Origin: Epithemia pelagica
Taxonomy: Eukaryota; Protista; Bacillariophyta
Assembly: GCA_946965045.2 (NCBI GenBank)
Contig: OX337230.1
Span: 3,286,001 to 3,350,000 of the forward strand
DNA length: 64,000 nucleotides
Direction: 5' to 3'
The notes beneath the pieces were generated by a model. The model saw nothing but the letters and a program-made list of their open reading frames with translations, was not told the origin of the DNA and did no database searches. Made by a program: the position numbers and the translations under genes. How positions within the stretch are numbered: the stretch's first letter is position 1; each line of letters opens with the position of its first letter. Shown here piece by piece: positions 1 to 8,270 of this stretch.

Positions 1-47
1 TCCTCTGAAATCACCTGTACACTCCGTATCATCCCGATCTCCCACTA
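1..47 (+). repeat. gag-internal fragment of a preceding copy of copia E1
   Basis: 1-47 is identical to 1756-1802 inside E1 gag; it switches into LTR sequence at a CTA microhomology (45-47). Confidence 0.9.
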
Positions 48-335
48 TCACACCAGATCCATGGCCGTATGCAAGAGCCAGGACTTCAGCACCGTCAACC
101 ACCTTAGTTAGTAATCGTCTCACAATCATTAATATCACCATTTTAACACTCATCTTAAGACTTACCTCTTATCAGTGGACCGACTGCCCCCACCCACGGC
201 GGACTTCGACTTGCAACTCTTCTCTGACCCGTGGAGGATTGTTGTATCGGTTGGTGATTCGATTGTCGGCTCAGCGAGCCTTTTACCTATCCTAACTATC
301 TGTCTAACCCCTGTTGAATCGAGAGAAGTTTATCA
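45..335 (+). repeat. Partial 5' LTR of E1 (3' ~290 bp only)
   Basis: Direct repeat of 7465-7755; ends ...TTTATCA immediately before the PBS. Confidence 0.92.
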
Positions 336-349
336 GATTAACAGTCTCA
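336..349 (+). promoter_or_regulatory. Primer-binding site of E1, GATTAACAGTCTCA
   Basis: Abuts the LTR end; the same 14-mer abuts the 5' LTRs of E2 and E3; reverse complement TGAGA-CTGTTAA-TC resembles a tRNA-Asn(GUU) anticodon arm. Confidence 0.85.
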
Positions 350-373
350 TCGTTTATTTCCGAGAAGCTTTCG

Positions 374-1129
374 ATGTCTCACGACGATTCCAACCTCTCT
401 ATTCGACACATCTTTCATTCCTTCCAACAAAGCGGGGAGGAACTCCATCCACCCGTGGCCCATCCGGGCGAGCCCTTGATTGAAACTCCGAAACCGACCC
501 CGACTCAGGCCAGTGCTCCGAATCCCTTCCAGACCCCGGACCAAGTGGTCCAGCCTCCTTCGATTCCGACTCACCCTTCGACTCCGCCTCGCCGTTTGAA
601 CCCTACTCGCACCCGACGTACGAGCCGTCTTCTTACTGCGCATATCCGACACTTCCGCGAGCCGACTGAGTCGACTACCGACCCCGACGTGATCCGTTCC
701 ACAACCGAACGCGAGATCGATTTCCAGTCCGTCCAACCCGTGACTGACCTTGAGGACATCCAACGACTTCTCGACCTCTTGTACCAGTGCTCGAGACGCC
801 GTTTCATTGTCCAAGCCCTGTTGGGCAACCCTGTGGAACCCATCCGTATTCGATTCATCTCCTTTGAACGTCCAACCAACTACTTCCACACCATCTGGAT
901 CGTCAACTCGACGACGAATCCGCTACCTACCCCGACTACTCGTCTCGACGAGTACGTCTCCTTTGTTCACGAGATCCATCTCTGCCAGGATTTCCGTGCG
1001 ACTATCTACCCTCTCTTCACTCAACACGTGAACCACTTGTTGGAAGACGACGACGTTGAAGAACTAGCCACTACAGTGGACGATTCCGCATCTCGTCTTC
1101 AGTACCGAGCCGAAAGTGACCAAGAATAA
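374..1129 (+). CDS. E1 ORF0, extra ORF of unknown function between PBS and gag (~251 aa from ATG 374)
   Basis: Open frame starting MSHDDSN; clearly homologous to E2 ORF0 (ASAPNPFQTPDQVV, NPTRTRRTSRL, DLEDIQRLLDLLYQ, NYFHTIW, QDFRATI). Confidence 0.85.
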   Translation: MSHDDSNLSIRHIFHSFQQSGEELHPPVAHPGEPLIETPKPTPTQASAPNPFQTPDQVVQPPSIPTHPSTPPRRLNPTRTRRTSRLLTAHIRHFREPTESTTDPDVIRSTTEREIDFQSVQPVTDLEDIQRLLDLLYQCSRRRFIVQALLGNPVEPIRIRFISFERPTNYFHTIWIVNSTTNPLPTPTTRLDEYVSFVHEIHLCQDFRATIYPLFTQHVNHLLEDDDVEELATTVDDSASRLQYRAESDQE

Positions 1130-1178
1130 GTAACTTTACGTAGTTTCTACACCAAACCAGACACAAAACCGAGTTCCG

Positions 1179-1238
1179 CACATCCGGGTTCCAAGCACAT
1201 CACACATCCGGGTACCTACATACGTGTCACATCCGGGT
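1179..1238 (+). repeat. Three copies of CACATCCGGGT in the ORF0-gag spacer of E1
   Basis: Copies at 1179, 1203 and 1228; three copies are also present in E2. Confidence 0.85.
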
Positions 1239-1321
1239 TCTTTTCACACCGGTTAAATAAAATTTTCGCAAGGACATCACGCTACACACTGTGATAACAG
1301 CTGAACCATACAAGTACTATC

Positions 1322-4300
1322 ATGGAAGCGACACCTCCCAAGACACCGTTTACTCCTCCTGAGGACAAGTCAAGTCATATAACCAACCAAGATCTCTTCG
1401 ACCATATAACTAAAGGCATCTTTGGTTGTAATGATGAACGAGCCCAATCACTTCAAAAGTGGGTGCGACATCATGGTTTTGAACATATCCTTCATGTCCT
1501 CGACCATGTTGCAACTGATCCCGAGGAGACACTCAAGGATCTCATGCAATACAAGGTTGGAAAACAAGTCAACGACCTACAGACAAGTACAAGATTACAA
1601 CTCAAACTAATGGCATATTGGTTACTACAACAACGGCAACTCCAACATGGAAAACTACCCCGTGCTACATGGATGAACCTCACGAGGGACCAATATGACG
1701 ATTGGAGGATCAACACCGACTTTACCAAGTCTGGTATGAACCAAGACCCAGTTTCTCCTCTGAAATCACCTGTACACTCCGTATCATCCCGATCTCCCAC
1801 TACATCCTCTACAACATCTCAATCCATGTTAGATCTCTCTGCTTTCAAGAAAGGAACCAAAAGAGATGCAACAACATTTGAATCATTCAAAGACGAACGA
1901 TACTTTGATTCGTTTTGGCGTGTATTCAAATCAACTGCGAAAGCACAAGGATTGTCGAATGTTCTTGATTTCGATTACAAGGTACCCAAGGATGACGAAT
2001 GCGCAGAGTTACTTTTCCAAGAACAACAAGTCTTTGTCTATTCTTTACTTGTACGTATTATTCAAACCGACCAAGGAAGAGCATATGTTCGAGAACATGA
2101 ACATGATGAAGATGCAAGAGCCGTATTGAAGAAACTCCATGTTCTACACACTGAATCTGATCTAGCTAAGCGAGAAGTGTTACGCCTAACAAGCTACATT
2201 TCGAATCTTCGACTGGATGACTCTTGGCGTGGTACAACTCGTCAGTTTCTCCTACATTTTCAAGAACAGCTACGACTTCTGGATAACCTTGTACCACTGT
2301 CGGATCGTATCCATGACCATACAAGGATGACCTTCCTTATGCAAGCTGTTAAAAAGGTACCTGATTTAAGACGAGTCAAGATCTTGGATAACGTTGTCAA
2401 CACAAAATCTGGAGCCAAGTCTCTCTGTTATCAATCATATTTCCGCCTGCTTCTTGATGCTGCTTTTGACCATGACCAAGCTACCCGAACTTCTGCGTCT
2501 AACCGCCGTCGTCATGTAAAGCAACATGAATTTCAGTTGGATGAACCTTTTGAACCAGTGGAGCCCCCTGACTACCAGATCAACAACACGAATATCCAAT
2601 CCGAAAAGTCCCCAACTTCGTCGAAAATCAGCCTTCCAAGAGATGTATGGTTTAAACTCTCTGAAGAGGATCGGCAAATCATTGTCGACTTCAATAAATC
2701 CGTCCAAGATTCCCCGACAACTCAACGCAAGGTCCAAACACATTCTCTTGACATTGATCCTGAACCGGACCCTGATCCTGATGCCAACAACATTGGTGAT
2801 ACCCATCAAGATGCACCAGAACAAGATCCATTCGATACATCCTCTGATCCGGTTACCCAGTTCGTACACCAGGCTATTGCATCGACAGATATCAATCATC
2901 CAGCATCTGACCTCAGCAACATCTTGTCAACTTCTACGACAAAGTCAAGTCCTAAAGTCAAGTTCAAGTCTTCTGCCGATCACAAGCAAAAGGTTCATAT
3001 GTCACGATATCTATTCTCCCGCAAATCCACCTTTTCTGGTAATCAACTCATCGATCGAGGTGCCAATGGAGGCCTTGCAGGATCTGACATGCGTATCCTT
3101 GCCAAAACCGGACGTCATATTACCATCGTAGGTATTGACAATCATGAATTGACTGGCCTTCCAGTTGTTACCTGTGCTGCCAAGTTTGATACAAGTGATG
3201 GACCCATTATTGGTATCTTCAATGAGTATGCCCACTATGGAAAGGGTTTATCTATCCATGCCCCAGCGCAATTTGAACATTTCGGCTTATCTGTCGACGA
3301 ACGATCCGTCAAGGTTGATGGCAAACAACGCATTACTACCCTTGATGGACGTGCATTGCCCTTACGAATCAAAGATGGCCTTGCATGCATTCAATCTCTG
3401 GGAATCCCTTCTGATGACGATATGGATAAATATCCGCATATTGTGTTCACTTCACCCCATATCTGGGATCCTTCTGTACTTGACCATACCCATCCAGACC
3501 CCCATCAAGACCCTGCACCGAACTGGACATCTGTGGAGACTGATGGTAGTATGGAAACGTACCCCTATGACCAATATGGGGAGTATACGGATCGCGTTGT
3601 ATGCACTTTGAATCTCCTCCTTGATCTCCCATATGATCATGGCCCCGATACACCTTCCTTCTTTTCCATCTATGCTGATCAAGATGGCAACGACCCCACA
3701 CTTCATGCGTCTGTCCACAAACTCTACAAGGAACAATACGACTGGAAGAAATTTCGCCCTTTCTTTGGGTGGCAATCGGAAGACGTAATCGCCGATACGT
3801 TCAAGCATACAACTCGTCATGGACACATTTCCTTTGACCAGGATACCTTGAAGAAACACTTTAAGGCCCGGAATCCTATCCTTAACCTACCACGACGGCA
3901 TGAACCCGTTGCCACTGACTCCATCTTCTCCGACACCCCGGCTGTTAACCATGGTGGCAAGATTGCTCAGATTTTTGTTGGTCGTGATACTTTGGTTACT
4001 GACATTTATGGTATCAAGTCTACCAAGCAATTCGTCAATACCCTCCAGGATAACATTCGTACACGTGGTGTCATGGAGACTTTGATCAGTGATGGTGGTT
4101 CGTCACTTATTTCCCACAAGGTCAAGGATATTCTTCGCACCCTTCTGATTGGTGAATACCGTTCCGAGCCCTATCATCAACACCAGAACAAAGCTGAGAA
4201 CCGCTACCAGACCGTTAAGCGTATGACCAATGCTATCATGAATGCCTCTGGTTGCCCTGCTTCTGCATGGTTACTTTGTTTAGAATATGTGTGTGACCTC

Positions 4301-7003
4301 CTCAATCACACTTCCTCTCCCACCCACTCTGGCCGCACCCCTCTTGAGGCTCTTACCGGTACCCCACCCGACATTACCCATCTCCTTTTCTTTCCTTTCT
4401 GGGATGAGGTCTACTATCGTGTCGACCCTTCTGAACCTACCTCCGGTTCTTACCCTTCGTCTCCCGACGAGAAGATTGGCCACTGGGTTGGTTTTGCCCA
4501 CAATGTTGGTGATGCCTTTACTTGGAAGATCCTCACTGCCGACAACGTCATCATCTACCGTTCCGCTGTCCGTCGCGTTGCCTCCACTACCCCCAACCTT
4601 CGTGTGGATATCTCTTCAGGGGAGGAGTCGCCGCATAAACCCACTGACAAGCAAGGTGACACTGTCTTTATTCGCAGCAGAAGTGAAGACCCATCCACAC
4701 CTATGCCAACAATTGACTACGACGATTTAGTTGGACGCACATTCCTTTGTGACACTGAAGAGAATGGGGAGCGCCACCGAGCACGAGTAATCAAACGAGT
4801 TGTCGACCTGGAACAAGATGCAACCAAACAAGAAGATCGACTCAAATATATCTTTCGCAAGTCTAACTCCAATGTTGATGAGATGATCTCCTACAACCAG
4901 CTCATGGAATACATTGAAAGGGATAATCAAGCCCAAACGACAGGGGATAGTCTCTTCCGATTCAGAGACGTTATTGCACACCAAGGACCTTTGAACTCAA
5001 GCGACCCAGACTATAAAGGGAGTAAATATAATGTCCTTGTTGATTGGGAGACTGGGGAGACGACATACGAACCTCTATCTCTTATTGCAAAGGATGACCC
5101 CATCACAGTCGCCATCTATGCCAAGAAAAATGGTTTGCTGGATCTACCTGGATGGAAACATCTCAAGCAATACGTCAAGACAAGCAAAAGACTCATTCGA
5201 GCAGCTAAACAATCCAGGATCAAACAAGTTCGTCGCTCTATCAAGTACAAGTTTGGTTTCCAAGTACCTTGCACCTATGAAGAAGCAGTGGAACTAGACA
5301 AGCAATTTGGGAACACGAAATGGCAAGACGCAACAGAATTGGAACTCTCACAGATCCAATCGTACAACACTTTCAAGGACCATGGAAAAGCCAAGTTCAT
5401 TAATGGGAAATTGGCCAATGCACCAGAAGGATATCATAAGATAAGAGTACATCTGGTCTTTGATGTCAAGCATGACGGAAGGCACAAGGCACGACTTGTC
5501 GCAGATGGACATCTCACCAAGGAACCCGTTGAGACCATCTATTCAGGGGTTGTCTCCATTCGCAACCTTCGCATTGCCATATTTCTTGGAACCATGAACG
5601 ACATGGAAATATGGGGAGCAGATATTGGGAACGCATACCTAGAAGCATTGACAGGAGAGAAGATTTTCATCATTGCAGGACCAGAGTTCAAGGAGTTAGA
5701 AGGACATATCTTGATCATCTACAAGGCATTATATGGTCTCAAATCCTCAGGTGCTCGCTGGCATGACAAACTGTTTGATGTTCTCATTGATATGGGATTT
5801 TCTCCAAGCAAGGCTGACCCTGATATTTGGATGAAGAAGGCTCCTGGAGAAGACTGTTATGAATATATCGCTGTATATGTTGATGACTTAGCTATCGTTG
5901 CCATGGACCCTGAAGCTGTCTGCAAGATCTTTACAGAAAAATACAACTTCAAACTCAAAGGAGTCGGACCTATTGAGTATCATTTGGGGTGTCGTTATAC
6001 CAAAGATCCAGACGGTACACTTGTGTCTGACCCACGAAGGTACATCGAGAAGATGATGGATACCTATGAACGATTGTTCAATGAGAAACCCAAGAAAGCA
6101 AAGCCGCCAGTCATTGCTAACGATCATCCTGAACTCGATGACTCTGAGCTCTTAGATGAAGAAGGGACCCAGCATTTCCAGACTCTTATTGGACAACTGC
6201 AATGGCTAATTACCATTGGCCGTTTTGATGTCTTTCCTGCTACCATGACTCTATCAAGGTTCAGAGCTGCTCCAAGGATTGGTCATTTGAAGCGGGCTAA
6301 ACGCATCTATGGATACCTCATGTCATTTCCTGATGGGTCTATCAGATTCCGCACTGGGGAGCCAGATTTATCAGCTTTACCTATCCAAGAATACGATTGG
6401 AGTCGTACCGTATACATGGACGGCAAGGAACGTATCCCTGAGGACTGTCCAACCCCACTTGGGCGTTTTGTGACAACTATACATTATGTCGACGCAAATC
6501 TCATGCATGATATGGTTACTGGGAAAGCAGTTACAGCCATCCTGCATTTTGTAAATGGTACACCCGTGGACTGGTACAGTAAGCGACAAGCCACAGTGGA
6601 AACAGCCACGTATGGATCTGAATTTGTTGCCGCAAGGACTGCAGTTGATCAGATCACGGAGCTACGCCTTACACTCCGATACTTGGGAGTCCCTCTGCGA
6701 GAGAAGAGTTACATGTTTGGAGATAACCGCTCTGTCGTTATCAATAGCACCACACCACACTCAATCATCTCCAAGAGGCACCATCTCCTATCCTATCACC
6801 GAGTCCGTGAAGCTATTGCCGCAAAGTACGTCGCATTCTACTGGAAAGATGGAAAGACAAACCCAGCTGATATCCTCAGTAAACATTGGGAATTTGCCGC
6901 AGTTTGGCCCATGCTCAGATCTTTGTTATTCTGGAGAGGAAAAATCCAGGAAAGTGATGAGGGAATTGACAATCCTCATTCGACGAATTGTGGGGAGTGT
7001 TAG
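1322..7003 (+). CDS. E1 gag-pol polyprotein, 1893 aa (gag, protease LIDRGAN, integrase, chromodomain-like segment, RT YVDD, RNase H)
   Basis: Motifs ATDSIF/ISDGG/KAENR (IN), HKARLVADG, ALYGLKSSG, YVDDL (RT), ETATYGSEF and GDNRSV (RH); IN precedes RT, so copia. Confidence 0.97.
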   Translation: MEATPPKTPFTPPEDKSSHITNQDLFDHITKGIFGCNDERAQSLQKWVRHHGFEHILHVLDHVATDPEETLKDLMQYKVGKQVNDLQTSTRLQLKLMAYWLLQQRQLQHGKLPRATWMNLTRDQYDDWRINTDFTKSGMNQDPVSPLKSPVHSVSSRSPTTSSTTSQSMLDLSAFKKGTKRDATTFESFKDERYFDSFWRVFKSTAKAQGLSNVLDFDYKVPKDDECAELLFQEQQVFVYSLLVRIIQTDQGRAYVREHEHDEDARAVLKKLHVLHTESDLAKREVLRLTSYISNLRLDDSWRGTTRQFLLHFQEQLRLLDNLVPLSDRIHDHTRMTFLMQAVKKVPDLRRVKILDNVVNTKSGAKSLCYQSYFRLLLDAAFDHDQATRTSASNRRRHVKQHEFQLDEPFEPVEPPDYQINNTNIQSEKSPTSSKISLPRDVWFKLSEEDRQIIVDFNKSVQDSPTTQRKVQTHSLDIDPEPDPDPDANNIGDTHQDAPEQDPFDTSSDPVTQFVHQAIASTDINHPASDLSNILSTSTTKSSPKVKFKSSADHKQKVHMSRYLFSRKSTFSGNQLIDRGANGGLAGSDMRILAKTGRHITIVGIDNHELTGLPVVTCAAKFDTSDGPIIGIFNEYAHYGKGLSIHAPAQFEHFGLSVDERSVKVDGKQRITTLDGRALPLRIKDGLACIQSLGIPSDDDMDKYPHIVFTSPHIWDPSVLDHTHPDPHQDPAPNWTSVETDGSMETYPYDQYGEYTDRVVCTLNLLLDLPYDHGPDTPSFFSIYADQDGNDPTLHASVHKLYKEQYDWKKFRPFFGWQSEDVIADTFKHTTRHGHISFDQDTLKKHFKARNPILNLPRRHEPVATDSIFSDTPAVNHGGKIAQIFVGRDTLVTDIYGIKSTKQFVNTLQDNIRTRGVMETLISDGGSSLISHKVKDILRTLLIGEYRSEPYHQHQNKAENRYQTVKRMTNAIMNASGCPASAWLLCLEYVCDLLNHTSSPTHSGRTPLEALTGTPPDITHLLFFPFWDEVYYRVDPSEPTSGSYPSSPDEKIGHWVGFAHNVGDAFTWKILTADNVIIYRSAVRRVASTTPNLRVDISSGEESPHKPTDKQGDTVFIRSRSEDPSTPMPTIDYDDLVGRTFLCDTEENGERHRARVIKRVVDLEQDATKQEDRLKYIFRKSNSNVDEMISYNQLMEYIERDNQAQTTGDSLFRFRDVIAHQGPLNSSDPDYKGSKYNVLVDWETGETTYEPLSLIAKDDPITVAIYAKKNGLLDLPGWKHLKQYVKTSKRLIRAAKQSRIKQVRRSIKYKFGFQVPCTYEEAVELDKQFGNTKWQDATELELSQIQSYNTFKDHGKAKFINGKLANAPEGYHKIRVHLVFDVKHDGRHKARLVADGHLTKEPVETIYSGVVSIRNLRIAIFLGTMNDMEIWGADIGNAYLEALTGEKIFIIAGPEFKELEGHILIIYKALYGLKSSGARWHDKLFDVLIDMGFSPSKADPDIWMKKAPGEDCYEYIAVYVDDLAIVAMDPEAVCKIFTEKYNFKLKGVGPIEYHLGCRYTKDPDGTLVSDPRRYIEKMMDTYERLFNEKPKKAKPPVIANDHPELDDSELLDEEGTQHFQTLIGQLQWLITIGRFDVFPATMTLSRFRAAPRIGHLKRAKRIYGYLMSFPDGSIRFRTGEPDLSALPIQEYDWSRTVYMDGKERIPEDCPTPLGRFVTTIHYVDANLMHDMVTGKAVTAILHFVNGTPVDWYSKRQATVETATYGSEFVAARTAVDQITELRLTLRYLGVPLREKSYMFGDNRSVVINSTTPHSIISKRHHLLSYHRVREAIAAKYVAFYWKDGKTNPADILSKHWEFAAVWPMLRSLLFWRGKIQESDEGIDNPHSTNCGEC

Positions 7004-7755
7004 GATTCTCACCGAAAACTAGGTGGCGAAACCTACAACTCATCGAATGATGCTAGTATTTTATGGCATCCGATGACATTTTCCTAAAAGTGAGAAAAGA
7101 ATGTCGGCATGCTCGCGAAACTATAAATTTGGCCACGGCATGCTCGCATTGCACGCGTTATCGGCGACCGCTCGGATATTAACTATGGCCCAATACGTGC
7201 GCGCCCAAAACTATCAAGTGCGCGCCTCTACTATCCGAGTACGCGCATCCACGATTCGACCTAACGGTCTATGTAATCAAAGCACGAATCACGATCACGC
7301 GAGACCATATCTCTGTTCCCACAAATCCAAGAATGCAAACAGCAACGCGCCCAGGACAAGACTTATACCACGACAAAGCAAGAGCTGTTGCATCCCATAC
7401 ATGTTATCCATCACCCTATACATTCAATATACACCAATGCCGGTCTACTCCAACCAGTGAGGACCTATCACACCAGATCCATGGCCGTATACAAGAGCCA
7501 GGACTTTGGCACCATCAACCACCTTAGTTAGTAATCGTCTCACAATCATTAATATCACCATTTTAACACTCATCTTAAGACTAACCTCTTATCAGTGGAC
7601 CGACTGCCCCCACCCACGGCGGACTTCGACTTGCAACTCTTCTCTGACCCGTGGAGGATTGTTGTATCAGTTGGTGATTCGATTGTCGGCTCAGCGAGCC
7701 TTTTACCTATCCTATCTATCTGTCTAACCCCTGTTGAATCGAGAGAAGTTTATCA
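6998..7755 (+). repeat. 3' LTR of E1 (758 bp, TG...CA)
   Basis: Starts TGTTAG directly after the GGGGAG PPT (6992-6997); similarity to the 5' LTR stops at TTTATCA 7755; right flank CTCTT. Confidence 0.9.
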
Positions 7756-8270
7756 CTCTTTTTCCATTGTTGTGTTCCCTACTTCCTACAATGGGACAAG
7801 AACCAAGGATCACGGATCGGAAGGAATGCAACAATCAAACAAATGTATCATTCAAACTATTGATGTGTTCGATTATCAGAAAATCAATCGGAAATCAGAC
7901 AGGGAATACAATAGGACGATTGGACTGCAACCTACAACCTACATCTACATTGGCCATGAACAACAACATGATTCACCATGACAGTCAACAATGAAGAGGG
8001 AAAACAACGAGTCCTCCATCGTTGGTTTATGCTTTGTGCTCTCGTTGATTGTTGATTGTCTTGTTTGAATTCCGCAAGCCGCACCCCTTTTTAACCGAAA
8101 CAAGAGAGGGCATATGCGCAATGCGTACGCGCAACGCGAGATAGCGGCGTTCTTTTAACGGAGATCGTGGAGTTTATTTCCCTTTGGCTCCGCTAATCCG
8201 CTATCCGGATAGCGAGGCCAATCAGAAAGCCCCAATACGTCAGCATAGCGGCGCTCGGGTGGAGATAGCC
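7756..8270. mobile_element. Putative end of a DNA transposon (PIF/Harbinger-like) interrupting E3
   Basis: E3 coding similarity stops abruptly at 8271, next to TAA (TTA on minus). The terminus reads GGCTATCTCCA, with subterminal ATAGCGGCG repeats and a 16-bp palindrome (8199-8214). The other end is not in the window. Confidence 0.4.

Larger units (their letters stand above)
45..7755 (+). mobile_element. Ty1/copia LTR retrotransposon E1 (CoDi-like): partial 5' LTR, ORF0, intact gag-pol, full 3' LTR
   Basis: 45-335 matches 7465-7755 (7 mismatches counted by eye). PBS at 336-349, 1893-aa gag-PR-IN-RT-RH in copia order, GGGGAG PPT then TG-start LTR ending in CA. Confidence 0.95.

Noticed and set aside
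336-349. Calling a tRNA gene at the PBS sites
   Set aside because: Only 14 nt of anticodon-arm complement; no acceptor, D or T arms around it.
3046-3075. Protease motif LIDRGAN (D-R-G rather than D-S/T-G) as a sign of inactivation
   Set aside because: Identical in all three elements, including the recently transposed E2, so it is a lineage trait rather than a lesion.
8155-8270. C-terminal 38 aa of the 737-aa ORF as genuine E3 protein
   Set aside because: Read-through into the unrelated inserted sequence after the breakpoint at 8271.
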